A DNA stretch of 64,000 nucleotides, from the NCBI RefSeq assembly GCF_018350175.1, contig NC_058368.1, forward strand, positions 107,882,001 to 107,946,000, written 5' to 3'. The position numbers and the translations under genes are program-made. Within the stretch, counting starts at the first letter, position 1; every line of letters begins with the position of its first letter. Source of the stretch: Felis catus (Eukaryota). Of the stretch, positions 13,775 through 26,247 are shown piece after piece. The notes beneath the pieces were generated by a model, which worked only from the letters and a program-made list of their open reading frames with translations, was not told the origin of the DNA and searched no databases.

Positions 13775-14040
13775 GGCTTTAATGTTCCCCTCAGCATGGC
13801 TGACCTCTAGATAGAATTCTTCCTAACTCTGGGACCCTAACATCCTTTTGCCTAGACCATTTACTTTAGAAATCTTGTCATTGTAATTTCTTTCTCTGCC
13901 CCTTTCAGATGTAAAAGTTTTTAAGCTTCTTGCCAGTTTTACAACCAAAGAATGTCTTTCTCAAGGACCTGGGAGCCATCCCTTTAAAACATAATCATCA
14001 AGAAAGATAGCACCCCTATCACTTAGTCTCTGTGAAAGAA
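13775..14040 (+). mobile_element. ERV1 LTR fragment (MER34/MER39-like) inside old L1M sequence
   Basis: 'ccatttactttagaaatcttg', 'gaatgtctttctcaaggacctgggagccatccct' motifs. Confidence 0.55.
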
Positions 14041-14777
14041 TACCTGTCTCTAAGATATTTATTTTTATCCTTTGTGGTCTTAATGTTTTAGTCATGTAAT
14101 TTTAACATCACAAGCATATATTTTGATATTTTATAAAATATCCAATCCAGTATTCTTTGCATTTTAGATAAGCACAAGGTCGATTTATATTCAAAATGAT
14201 TACTGACAGGTTTTTAGCTCTTTCTACTTTATATTTCTCATTTCTGTTTATTTTGTTGTTCTTTCATCCTATGTTGAGACTGATGGAGGAAATTTTCCTT
14301 GTTCTTTTCTGAGCTAGAATTTATTTTTCATTCAACCTTTTACAAAGGATATACCTCCTTGGTGTCCCTGAGTCATCTAGGGGACACACACTTAATCTCA
14401 ACTTGAAAAAATCTTTGGAGTTATCTTCTATCCCTAAGGTTATAGTTTTTTAACCAAGCAGAAGATGAAGTCCTAGAATTTTTTTAACCGAGTTAAGATT
14501 CATATTTATCTTTATCAGTTTTAAGCATGTTGGTTTTTTTTATCACTTCACCTGTATTTCAGAGGGTCTGCCTACATGATGCTTAATCATTTTCTAAATA
14601 CTCTGCAATGTATATTTGTATTTCCTCTTTGATAAGAGAGGAATTTAAGAGATAGTTTTTAAAATTCTGTCATAGATTTTTTTTTTTGTTTCCATGTTTT
14701 CTTTTACTTTTAGCTTTATTTCCTTATGCTCAGGTTCTACCAGGTTTTCAGTGCTAACTTCTATCAACTTACTCTGC

Positions 14778-14930
14778 CAGTACTCCCCAAAGTTTAATGT
14801 GTATCCAAATCACCTAGATGTCTTGTTAAAAATGCAGATCATTTTTCAATAGGTTTAGATAACTTTCTAGCAGTTTCTCAGATAATGCTGTTATGCTGAG
14901 ACTTCTGATCCATAGACAACACTTTGAATA
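14778..14930. mobile_element. MER5A-like hAT MITE relic
   Basis: 'cagtactccccaaagtttaatgtg...aatcacctag...cttgttaaaaatgcagat...cactttgaatag'. Confidence 0.6.
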
Positions 14931-14942
14931 GGTCTCATTCTA

Positions 14943-15139
14943 AAATTTGTTTTTTAATGTTTATTTATTTTTGAGAGAGACAGAGTGTGAGTAGGGAGCA
15001 GTGAGAAAGGGAGACACATAATCTGAAGCAGGCTTTAGGCTCAGCACAGAGCCCAATGCGGGGCTCAAACCCACAAGTCAGGAGATCATGACCTGAGCTG
15101 AAATTGGATGCTTAACTGACTGAGCCACCCAGGAGACCC
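14943..15139 (-). mobile_element. CanSINE
   Basis: TSD aggtc(t/c)cattcta. Confidence 0.93.
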
Positions 15140-15775
15140 TAGAAGGTCCCATTCTATTATTTCAGTAGTTTGGGGAGTGATTCTTGGCCTTATCTTCACC
15201 AGTTTCTTGCTAAGCGGTCACAGCTTTTGTTCAATATAAAAATGTCTAATAGTTTGGTGTTTAAAGAAAGACCGTATCTTATTTAATCATCACTGTGTCA
15301 CACCAGTGGATTTGAATAGTTGGTTTCTACGCTGAGAAAAGTGAGCTCCAGTACCCAGTAGCATACCCCAGACAATTCTCAGTCTTAATTTTCCTGTCTC
15401 ATATGTGTGTACCCGATGTTTTCCGAAAGGACTGAGTGTGCAGGGCTAGGCATCAACTTCAGTTTAGATAATCAGCCCTAGAATACTTTTTCTCTGAATC
15501 TGTTGTGTCTTCTTTCTCATAGGCTTTTTCTGCTGACTTTTTGGTCTTTTTCTTTCAGGTGAAGATGAGAATTGGCCTGGCCTCTCTTGAAACCCTCTGT
15601 GTGACAGTTTTTCTGAATGTTGATTTAACATTTCGGTGTCTCTTTTCAGCTGACTGGTTGGCATTTGTGAAGCTCCATGTTTTCTAATTATTACTTTTAT
15701 TATAGCTTTCTCTAGTAGGTTCCTAATGCATATTAGCATAATACAAGTTTTGTGAAATCTTCAGTAAAAAATCTG

Positions 15776-16157
15776 TTTCACTTGTGTAAACCTTTATTTC
15801 TCAAACTTACCCAGGCATAAAAATTCTTAGTTTCGATGGCAAAGGCATCCTTTTTCATTTTGCCAATGATGCTGAATTTTATATACCAATACAAGCATAT
15901 ACTTATCAACCAACCACATTTTAAATTTGCACTAAGTAACAAGTATTATACTAAGTACTTTAAAGACATTATTTCATTTTATACTTACAATCACCTAATG
16001 AGGTATTATAAGCTCCATTTGATAAGAGGGAATTAAGCAGAGGCTTAGTAATTTATAAAAAATATTTAGCTAATACGTAGGACAGAGGTCTAATTTAATT
16101 TAGGTTGCCTGGCTTGAAAGTAGGTTATGTATCTTTTTAGGATGCCTTACTGCTTTT
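15776..16157 (+). repeat. Left arm of an inverted duplication (contains a MIR relic)
   Basis: reverse complement of 20739-21101; by manual alignment 8 substitutions, two 1-nt indels and one 19-nt indel. Confidence 0.97.
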
Positions 16158-17164
16158 CAGGTACCCAATACTGGCCCTTTCCCTAGCACAGGGACCACTC
16201 AGCTAATTCTGATATGGTTTAAAATAAAAAGATTCAAAAAATAGAATAAAAAGGTGGGGTGGCAGTTATTGAGAGTTGTGGGAGACTGTTAAGCATACTT
16301 TACCAGTAAAGGATGGCCAGAAGGGTGTGTTTGTCACCTAATAAATGTGGCTCAGTCCCAGAGAAACATCATTCTCAGAAGAGATTTTAATGTATTTTAC
16401 AGGTGTCTGTCTGCTTTGCAAGGTTCTTCCTCCAGGGCAGTTTTGCAAAGGTAATGAATGGGAGGTGACATGGTAGGAGATTTCTGACTGGCATACCTTA
16501 TGTGAAAAGATGGAGAGCTCTACTCTTAGCCAGTAGTCACATCTAATTTCCAAAACCAAATGAGAATACTAATGCTAATAAAAGACCTAGAACACCACTT
16601 TATTACATCCCATTGTGTTTATAGTTCTTGGCAACGGCAGGAAAAAAAATTCCTGCAATCCAATTAGGACAATCTGCATAACAAATGTATTAACAAGAAA
16701 CAGTAGAGGTAGGAAATTGTTGATGATTTTCATTATCTGTAATGCTGCTGAGAGCTTTATTTATCTTCACCTTGAAGCTTTGGAGAAAATCTTGACTCTT
16801 CTTGGCAGCATTAGCTTCTTTTCCTGAAACATCTTGGTATTTAAATAAGCATCAAGCCCTTGAGGTTATTTTGGAATGTTTTCCTTTCCCAGGTGCCTGG
16901 GGTTTTCTGTTATGAAAAGAGACTCACAGCGTGTGTGACTGGGGTGCTCTAGGGGCTGTTTATTATTTAAATGAACATTTTTGTCATATTTAAAATTACA
17001 AGATTCCAAGCGGCTTGAATGGAGTGAGAAGTGTTAGCTTTAAATACCAGTTCTCCCCCTTCATTGAATGATGTTGGACAATTAACTTGGTCTAAGTTTC
17101 CTCCCCGTGATGATGGATCACAGTACCTAACTCATCAGACCATGGCAAGAATTTCAAGGAATTG

Positions 17165-17690
17165 TATATTATATTAACATAACATATACAATTCTACATT
17201 ATGATATAGAATTTAATATAAATATACTTATATAATACTAATTAATATTAACATAATCAATATCATATAATTGAATTACATAATATATCATACTATAATG
17301 TATAATAAAATTATATGATTTTAATTAATGTTAATATAACTAATATATCATTGAATTACATAACACCATACTATAATATATAATAAAATTATATGATATT
17401 AATATTAATATAATTAATATATAATTATACTTCTATGGTTATTTATTATATAATTAAATATAAATAAATATATAATTATAATTAGTATTTATTATATACA
17501 ATTCATACTAATTATATATAATTATAATATATAATAATTATACTAATTATATATATTATGCATATAATATATATATTATATATAACATAATTAGTACAAT
17601 TATATATAATTCTATTAAATCTTGTATTAAATCTTTTATAATGTAATACTATATTAATATAAATACATGATAATTATATATATATATATA
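17165..17690. repeat. Extremely AT-rich low-complexity tract with an internal ~80-bp-period duplication
   Basis: almost only A/T; 'attgaattacataa...catactataat.tataataaaattatatgat' occurs at ~17270 and ~17350. Confidence 0.9.
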
Positions 17691-17735
17691 AAGTCTCCAA
17701 CCACATTAGATATTTTGTGATTAGGGGCTAGCCTC

Positions 17736-17941
17736 TTTTTTTTTTTTTTTTAATGTTTGTTTATGAGAGACACAGCGCGCAAGTGAGTAAAGGGCAGAGA
17801 GACGGAGACACAGAATCCAAAGCAGGCTCCAGGCTCTGAGCTCCCAGCACCAAACCCTACATGGGGTTTGAACCCACCAACTCTGAGCTCATGACCTGAG
17901 CCAAAGTTCGACGCATAACCTACTCAGCCATCCAGGTTCCC
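17736..17941 (-). mobile_element. CanSINE
   Basis: TSD agggg(c/t)ta(g/a)cctctt. Confidence 0.93.
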
Positions 17942-18269
17942 AGGGGTTAACCTCTTATGACAAGTCTCATGAAGATTTGCTCAGGGGAAGAACATGGTTT
18001 GCTCTCCTGGACCAAGTTAATAGTTCAGATATTAGCGGTGCATTGGAGATAACTTGAATGGTTCTTTCCAGTTAGCTTTTATGTTTTTTAAGTCAGAGAT
18101 ATTTATATGAGCCAATTCTGGGGAAAAGTTGAATGCAAGACAAATAAGCAATTATCAAAAATGGCTGGAGAAGTGGATTTTTCTGGTCGAGCTGGAATTG
18201 GAGAACAGTTCTTGAGCTCACACTTTCCTCCATTTTTGGTAAAATTATCTTCACAAATATCTTCATAGG

Positions 18270-18815
18270 TGAGAGGGAGGAAAGATTTTTCTCTACCCTC
18301 AAGGTCTTCCAGCTGGACTAAGAATTAAATTTACATGAGACAGATTAAGAGAAGAAAAAAAGGAAGTTTTATTGCCAGCACATGGAGGCCCAATCATGAA
18401 ATTGAGACCTAAAGAAATGACCAAGGCAGGCAGTTTTTCTACTTTTTAGACAAAGAAGCAATAATTCTGTTAGGAGTTGACCCAACAAAGAAAACTTAAC
18501 TTGGGGAGCTTCAGTTAGTAAGCAGTTTTAAAAAGATTTTGGGGTATAGGTAGTAAAGCAATAAAAAGTTACAAGTGTTATTTATACCCAGCTTTCTTGA
18601 CTCTAAATTTCCTCTCCCAGGTGATAAGGATGCCCCTTTATCTCCGGGTACACGAAGGGTACCTTTCACATGGGAGATTTATTTCCTGGTTTTAAGAGGA
18701 CAAAGGAGGTCATGGGTATCGTTCATGCACAGGCTGTACATTAAGTGACTCTTATTTTAAATAATCAGTATGCCACAGTGGCCCATTTGGGGGCAGCCTG
18801 CCCTTGGCCACTACA
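18270..18815 (-). mobile_element. Solo LTR, ERV1 class (MER34-like)
   Basis: reverse complement starts 'tgtagtggccaagggcaggctgcccccaaatgggccac...gattattt', related to the LTR at 10225; TSD tagg/taag. Confidence 0.7.
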
Positions 18816-19390
18816 TAAGGCAGATGTTCAGAGTGCTTTTCATATCATATGTTGGATTAGAAGCCTTTATGACTCATGTACTAACAAATTAGTACAAAAA
18901 CAGAGTTTTTTTCATGATAACTCACTACCTTTGAAGTCATGCCTATCAAAACACCAGTTTAGATGCAACTCTAATAAAATGGTCTTCAGCTCCTCTCTGT
19001 TTTTCTGTTATCTCTGATTGACTACACTGTAATTAACAAGGTGGTATTTGAAAAGGATGATTCTAAGTAAGATAGGTAGGCTAATTCATCCCCTAACTTC
19101 TTTCAACATTTTGCCTTTCTATTCTTCTATCTTCTGACCTTCACTCAGCTCCTTTCTTGGAATGTGATCTTTAAATGATTTCTTTTCATTTATCTGTCAC
19201 TTGGAAAACTGATAAAGTCATCTTGGCTTAGAGTGATTCTAGAAAGGACTTCATTTCTGTCAGACCCCCATCTCCTGCTTCAGGCAGACTCCACACCTAG
19301 CCAACCATGGCAGAAGAGCTCACAGTCTTCATCATATGAAAGTGCCAGAGGAGCTGGATTATCACTTGAAACCAGAAGTTTCTACATAAT

Positions 19391-19586
19391 GGGGGCCCCT
19401 GGGTGGCTCAGTCACTTAAGCTTCTGACTCTTGATTTTGGCTCAGCTCATGATCTCATGGTTTGTGAAATCAAGTCCCATGTCAATCTCTTTCTCCCTCT
19501 CTCTCTGCCCCCTCTCACTTATGCGTGCATTCTCTCTCTCTTCCACTCTCTCTCTCTCAAAAATAAAAAAACTAACCAAAAAAATA
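19391..19586 (+). mobile_element. CanSINE
   Basis: head, (CT)n tract, A tail; internally deleted. Confidence 0.9.
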
Positions 19587-20039
19587 AGTTTCCACTTAGT
19601 AGCTAATAGATCACAAATATCAGAGCTGGATGCAGGTGTTCCTAGGGAAGACACTTAGAATTATAAAGGGAAATAAAACTAAAGATCCTGAGGGAATCAT
19701 AAATAAGATTCTGCTTTTATTTATCAGCATTAAAGTTTTTTTTTCCCTTGAAACTCCAGATGTTTAAGTACTTGAGTGTGTTATGTGTCCTTATGTGTAC
19801 CCCGTATGTAAATGTGTACATCTGTGTATTGGTGTATAAAACTATATGAAGGTATGTGTCTGTTCATGTATGTGTGTGTAGATTTAGTTTATGCATATAC
19901 TCACATGACTAACCCATTATCTGGAGACTTTATTTTCTTTCAGAAGTATCACAGACAATCCATTTATGATTGTGAATGATTCCTTTATCCTTCTGATAAT
20001 TCGCAGTAATTCAAGTCTTTTTGGGGTTGTTTACTCTAG

Positions 20040-20249
20040 TTTTTTTTTAATATTTATTATTTACTTTTTGAGAGAGAGACAGAGTGTGAGCAAGGAAGGG
20101 GCAGGGAGAGAGCGAGACACAGAATCTGAAGCAGGTTGTAGGTTCCCAGCTGTCAGTGCAGAGCCCAACACAGCGCTCAAACCCAAGAATCGTGAGATCA
20201 TGACCTGAGAGAAGTCAGACGCTTAACCCCCTGAGCCACCCAGGCACTC
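20040..20249 (-). mobile_element. CanSINE
   Basis: reverse complement of the SINE with imperfect TSD. Confidence 0.93.
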
Positions 20250-20264
20250 TTTACTTTAGCTTTA

Positions 20265-20505
20265 AAGATGGAATCAGAAAGCCAGAGTCCTTTGGCTACT
20301 ATAGCTCTATCTAGCATCCTCTGCTACTTAGTGACTATATAATCTTAGACAGATTACTTAGCCTCATTAAAATTCATTTTCCTCATTTGCAAAACAGAGA
20401 AAATGTAACTGAGAAGCATATAGTGACTACTGTCTAAAAGAAAACATTTAAAACTAGCACAGGGCCTGGCATATATTAGGTGTCTAATAAATATTATTGC
20501 TGCTT
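20265..20505 (+). mobile_element. MIR
   Basis: 'ttttcctcatttgcaaaa' core and the 3' 'gcacagggcctggcata...taataaatatta'. Confidence 0.7.
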
Positions 20506-20738
20506 TTACTATAAGCATTAGCATTACTAGTACTTGATTATTACTACTACCATCACTACGAGTACAACATTCAGCACATGTAATCCACATAGTTTCTGTT
20601 GTTCCTTGGAGCTTCCGTGGCTTACCATCTCCAAATATGTTACAAAGCCAGATGTCAAAAAGGGAATATATTCATGTTGGACATTTTAAATAAAAGCTGA
20701 TATTTTATGAACTTCTAAATATGACCTCCACACATGCC

Positions 20739-21101
20739 AAAAGCAGTAAGGCATCCTCAAAAGATACATAACCTACTTTCAAGCCAGGCAACCTAAATTA
20801 AATTAGACCTCTGTCCTACCTATTAGCTAAATATTTTTTATAAATTACTAAGCCTCTGCTTAATTCCCTCTTATCAAATGGAGCTTATAATACCTCATTG
20901 GGTGATTGTAAGTATAAAATAAGATAATGTCTTTAAAGTACTTAGTATAATACTTGTTACTTAGTGCAAATGTAAAATGTGGTTGGTTGATAAGTATATG
21001 CTTGTATCGGTATATAAAATGAAAAAGGATGCCTTTGCCATTGAAACTAAGAATTTTATGCCTGGGTAAGTTTGAGAAATAAAGGTTTACACAAAGTGAA
21101 A
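20739..21101 (-). repeat. Right arm of the inverted duplication
   Basis: reverse complement of 15776-16157; ORFs 15836+ and 20860- share HILINQPHF...RYYKLHLIRGN. Confidence 0.97.
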
Positions 21102-21319
21102 ACTCTATTTGTAATATGAACAAGTGATCCTAATTTATCTGGCTATATGACTGTCAGATTTTATTAATACGAAACTCACCTATAAATCTTATATTGAAAT
21201 CCTGGCTGAGGGAAAAAAAAAAAACTACATATCTCAGATGAAGTTTCTGTGGTTGAAAAAAATTTTAAAGTCTTTTCAAAGTGTAATTTATTAAGTATCA
21301 ACTATATGTCAAGTACTCT

Positions 21320-21546
21320 TTTTTTAAAAAAAAATCACTTTTTTTAATGTTTATTTATTTGTTTTGAGAGAGAGCACAATCAGGAGAGGGACAGTGAGAG
21401 AGAGGGAGAGAGAGAATCCTAATAAGCAGGCTCCACACTGTCAATGCAGAGCCTGATACCAGGTTTGAACTCACGAAACGCGAGATCATGACCTGAGCCA
21501 AAATCAAGACTCATACACATAACCTACTGAGACACTCAGGTGCCCC
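21320..21546 (-). mobile_element. CanSINE
   Basis: TSD tcaagtactcttttt. Confidence 0.95.
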
Positions 21547-22806
21547 ACATCAAGTACTCTTTTAGATAATTTATATTTTGTGAAAAATTAAAAATATCCA
21601 TATTTAAAAATATTATCCTGAATGCATACATGAAGTTTCTGGAGCAGAGCCTGTTATTATTTATAATAATAACCACATGGTTCCCTTATGTCCAGTTCTT
21701 ATAAATGGGGTGATATGATGAGAGCACTATCTAATAAAGATTAAAACTTTATACATAAGGAGTCTGTATTTTAGATGAGGAACCCTGAAACTATGAATGT
21801 GGGTTCTTATATATGCTATTTCCCTCCCTCCCGATAGAGTCTCCCTAAAAGCGCAGTGGAAAGGATCCTGAGTTCTTTCTCTAACCTGTTGGAATATAAA
21901 TAAATCTCCCCAGGGTTAAGATAAGACTAAGGTTTCCAGCATCACAATCCAGGGGGATGGCTCCAGTCTCCCACTCTTGAGTTCTCTCACTGTGTAAATC
22001 AGTCGTGAGTTAACCTCCATGGGTTGCTTTTAGCCAAGGCCAAATTTCAGTAAAATTTGCTCAAAAAAGAGCCCTATCCGTGCTGAAACATAAAAATATT
22101 TTCTCCACTGCTCCAGATATGTATTCTTAGATTTAAACTCACACAACACTGGTTTTTCCCCATATATCTTTTCCAAAAGGGGAATTGAGGGTCAGAAAGT
22201 TTAAGTAAAAATGGTAAGCCCACAGAACTAGTCAGGAGAAGATTTATGATTAAAACTGAAGTTTGTCTGATATGAAAGCTTTTTGGTGGCTAAACTGCTG
22301 GTCTGAAAGACAAACTTCAGGAGTACATATTTTACACTTTATTTTTCAGCAAACTTACACCTAAGTGACCTTGAGGATATTACCATCTTACCTCGTATTC
22401 TAAGGTTTTTCTGAGATGAGACACAGTTAAACACTTACATAATGGAAGAGGAAGAAGAAAACAGTGAGACAAGAAGAGTTAGGAAAGGGAGATTGGAATT
22501 TAAGACGAAACATGTTTTTTGGCTTTTTTCATTAGGTACCATCTCATTCCATAATTTTGTTGCTAACAAGTTTGTTCTGATATCAGAAGAGTTAGTTTTC
22601 TCCATACAGACTTAACCATCACCCCATTCCAGTGAATAAGCGTTTTTTCTATTTGTATTATTTTGATATGTGCTTAGAATATGCTTGCAGCCAATATCAT
22701 ATCATTTACTGCTCACGGTTGTTACAAAGATCCGAAGAATCCAGGGCTGAGCTTCTTTTTGAGTTCTGACCCAAAGTGAGGAACTAGTATTAAAACCTAA
22801 CTTTCA

Positions 22807-22971
22807 GGGTACCTGGGTGGCTTAGTCAGTTAAACAACTGACTCTTGATTTCGGCTTAGGTCATGATCTCCTGGGTTCGTGAGTTAGGGCCCACGTTCCA
22901 GTTCCCCAATGACAGTGCAAAGCCAACTTGGGATTCTCTCTCTCCCTCTCTCTCTCTGCTCTTCCCCTGCT

Positions 22972-23024
<53 letters not shown>

Positions 23025-23075
23025 TCTCTCATTCTCTGTCTTTCACAAAATAAATAAATAAACTTTAAAACAAGA
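22807..23075 (+). mobile_element. CanSINE with an expanded (CT)n microsatellite
   Basis: head; long (TC)n at ~22975-23030; TSD aaaacct(ct)aactttca. Confidence 0.93.
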
Positions 23076-24069
23076 AAAACCTCTAACTTTCATAGAAGAT
23101 AAATTCAGTGCAGATGGAGGCAAGACTTAGACTGTGTTTTTTTAATCAGTTTCCATGAAAGAAAGAAAGCATGCCTCTTGTTAATTTTTGCTCTGTATCA
23201 TCTTTAGATGACAGTATCCTTGAGAAAGGCATTATGGTTTCAGTTACTTGAGTTTAATCCCTTCTGTTGTCAAGGGGAATATGTGTTACCAATATGTTAA
23301 ATATTTTTTATTCCTCATTTACACAGTTTTATCGCAGTAAAAAAGACAAACTTGGTAGCAATATCAAGATATTTTAGTACATCATTATGTGTTAAAACTA
23401 GGTTTTCTCAGGACTTTAAGCAAGACCAGTATATATCAGGAGCCTACAGAATCATGTTTCAGGGTTCATTCCCAGCAGACTCTCTGCCTCTAATGGTCAC
23501 ATGGGGCCAGGAATATTATTGTGATTTTAAGTGTTATTGGGAAGCATGAGTTATCTCTGAATGTGAGTTTTAGGGCTTGAAGATCCTGTGAGGTGTCACC
23601 CTTGACAATGGTTGGAAAAGGGAAGTCTATAGCTAGGTGTTGACCTCTGCTAACTTATTTCTAGGCCCTACCAGCAAAGTTTTGTCATCATCACTGGTCA
23701 CTACACATTCTGAGTGTGCCTTGGTGCCACTGGAGCCTGGATCCAAATCTCTGGTCAGCATTGGCCATGAGAGATCTCTAGAGATTGGGATAGGCTGGGT
23801 TCCATGGAAGCTTCTGACAATAGCTCTGCCCCCTGCTGTGCTTGCTACTTCCATGCGGGGAGATAGGGAGGAAAGGGAAGGAATTTCCTATCACTTTCTC
23901 TTCTCCCACTTTGCTTAGTTGCATGTTCTCTGGGGACCGAAATGAGAAGAGATTTCCCTTAAACAATTGACTTCTTTTACTTTGATCCATTAGAAAACAG
24001 GAGGGAGGTTGCAGCGGTAACTAGTGGGAGGTGTAAAATGGGAAGAAAATCAATCCATGTGGTGTCCCT

Positions 24070-24320
24070 ACTAGTTGTCAGGCATTTTGCATGCTCTTAT
24101 TTAGGTCTTTAATACTCGTGCGAGGTAAGCAACTCAATCATCCATTCATCCACATGAATTGAGTACCTCTTGTGTACCAGGCACCATTCTAGGGGCTGAT
24201 TGTTAATATTTCTAACTTAAAGACGTGGAGACAGAATCCAAGAGAGGTTAAGTAACTTGCTCAAAGTTGCATAACTGGTAAGTGGAGAAATAAAATTCAA
24301 ATCCAGGACTAGTCTTTCAA
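24070..24320 (-). mobile_element. MIR relic (with an L2-like 3' end inside)
   Basis: 'agagaggttaagtaacttgctcaaagt...gtaagtgg' MIR core; 'catccattcatcc...ttgagtacct..tgtgtaccaggcacc' is L2-like. Confidence 0.6.
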
Positions 24321-25577
24321 ATGATCCCTGAAGATTAAGAAATTTAATAAGGAATTTAATTTCTATAAAGACCCATGTTACCTGGACCAATTTCTCCTAA
24401 ATGATTAAAGCTGAAAAGGTTATCTCCACCTAGTTTGTATAGAACTAAAACTGAAGTATATGGACACCATGATTGCTTCATTTTCGTTTTTTGTTTTCAG
24501 TTTCCTTCCATATCACTTCCATTCTCCTGACCCCATGTACCAGGGGAACCTATGTCTTTAACACCTCCCGCACCCCCACCTCAACTTTCCATCATCTGTT
24601 TCTTCTTCTTTGATGTGGACAAGTCATGAATTGTTGATGGATCACAGAGTGTTTTGCAAGCTCAGCTTCAAGGACCCATTCCAAGCATATTATTAACCCC
24701 CTTCATAGGTAGAAATTTGGAGTTTCTACTGTCAATTCATCTGGCTGCTTCACTAAATAAAGTTCCATATCAAAGATTCCATTTAGAACCAAAATAATTT
24801 ATAATTCGTGATGCAATTTCTAAGTCTGAATTTGTTATACATTTGAATAATCCTTTTGTTGACACTTTTTATTTGTCGTAATAGTACTTATATTTTGGAA
24901 ATGATATGACATTAGAGAAGATTTTTATAGAAGAAAGCATAAGATATTTTGTTCACTGTTTTTAAATTTTTGAATTTAAACCACTCATGCATTCAGTTGG
25001 TTTTTCTATTACTTAGGGACTACTGTCTCTAGTTCAAGGCCACTTTGTCATGATTTTTTAATGGGTTATGTATTCAGGATTTAGAAGAATGGACCTATGC
25101 TTGGGCATATTGAATTACACAGTAACAAAGTCAGTCCTTCAAAATGGTAACTTTAAAAAAATTCTTTTTATGATTTAATGGGAGTTTCTTGGCAATTCTG
25201 TGTTATTTTAATGGACAGGCATCTCAAGAACAGCTGTGGTAATGTAATTCACAACCAGTTCTTCTATTATGAACCGAATGAAACTTTTATTGCTTTCAGA
25301 AATGAATCCCCACCCATGAGACACTTAAAATAGTAAGAAAATCAAGGAAAATTCAGTATTTTTAAAGTAATGAAGCAATGCAGGAGTAGAACAAAATAAT
25401 ATAGCAATGAAGGCAAGAATGTTCCTTAACTTCTAACATACAAATGTTTAAGTTCTTTAACTGTTCTTTAACTGTTAGATATAAGAAAATGCTTATGAAA
25501 AAGAAAATCACTGATTTGTAAAGCTTAAAGGGCTCTCTTCCTCAACTGGAAACCTGATATAAGTGACACTTCAGATT

Positions 25578-25799
25578 ATTTTTTTTATTTTTTTTTAATG
25601 TTTATTTAGTTTTACGAGAGAGAGAGAGACAGGATGTGAGTGGGTGAGGTGCAGAGAGAGAGAGACAGAGAATCAGAAGCAGGCTCCAGGATCTGAGCTT
25701 TCAGCACAGAGCCTGACGCAGGGCTTGATCTCACAAACCGCAAGATCATGACCTGAGCTGAAGTCAGATGCTTAACTGACTGAGCCACCCAGGCACCCC
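25578..25799 (-). mobile_element. CanSINE
   Basis: reverse complement of the SINE. Confidence 0.95.
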
Positions 25800-26007
25800 A
25801 CCTTATTTTTAATCTTAAAGATAAAAAGTGTTTTTCCAGATGGATTTTCCTTGATTTTGCATATCACTTGAATCTCTCTGTTATGCTTTTCTCCAAATTC
25901 TGACCTTAGCCCATAGGCAATGCTTATATTATTGCTAACCTATGTCTTCCCCAGTGTGTTAACACATTCTTTATTTCCCCAAACCGCCAGCACTTCTATG
26001 AAAAATA

Positions 26008-26247
26008 CCGTAAAACCTTGAATTGCAAGTAACTTGTTTTGTGAGTGTTTTGAAAGATGAGCAAAAGTTTCTAATAAATCTTAACTTGATAACAAGCGAT
26101 GTCTCGAAATACGAGTTGTACATAATGACAAACATCACATGATCACACCTGAGCCAGTAGTTCTTGACATTTGCTTTGATATACAAGTGCTTTGGATTAC
26201 AAGCATGTTTCTGGAATGAATTATGCTCACAAACCGTGGTTTTACTA
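26008..26247. mobile_element. Tigger-type (Tc1/mariner) MITE, 240 bp
   Basis: TA duplication on both sides; imperfect TIRs ccgtaaaaccttgaattgcaag / ctcacaaaccgtggttttacta. Confidence 0.75.

Noticed and set aside
15836..16036. Two near-identical ORFs (15836+ and 20860-) suggesting paralogous small genes
   Set aside because: Explained by the inverted DNA duplication over a MIR relic; the 19-nt indel shifts the frame so the N-termini differ.
24481..24761. Strong acceptor (ttgttttcag) followed by AATAAA at ~24756, resembling a terminal exon
   Set aside because: No convincing ORF; both motifs are common in AT-rich DNA.
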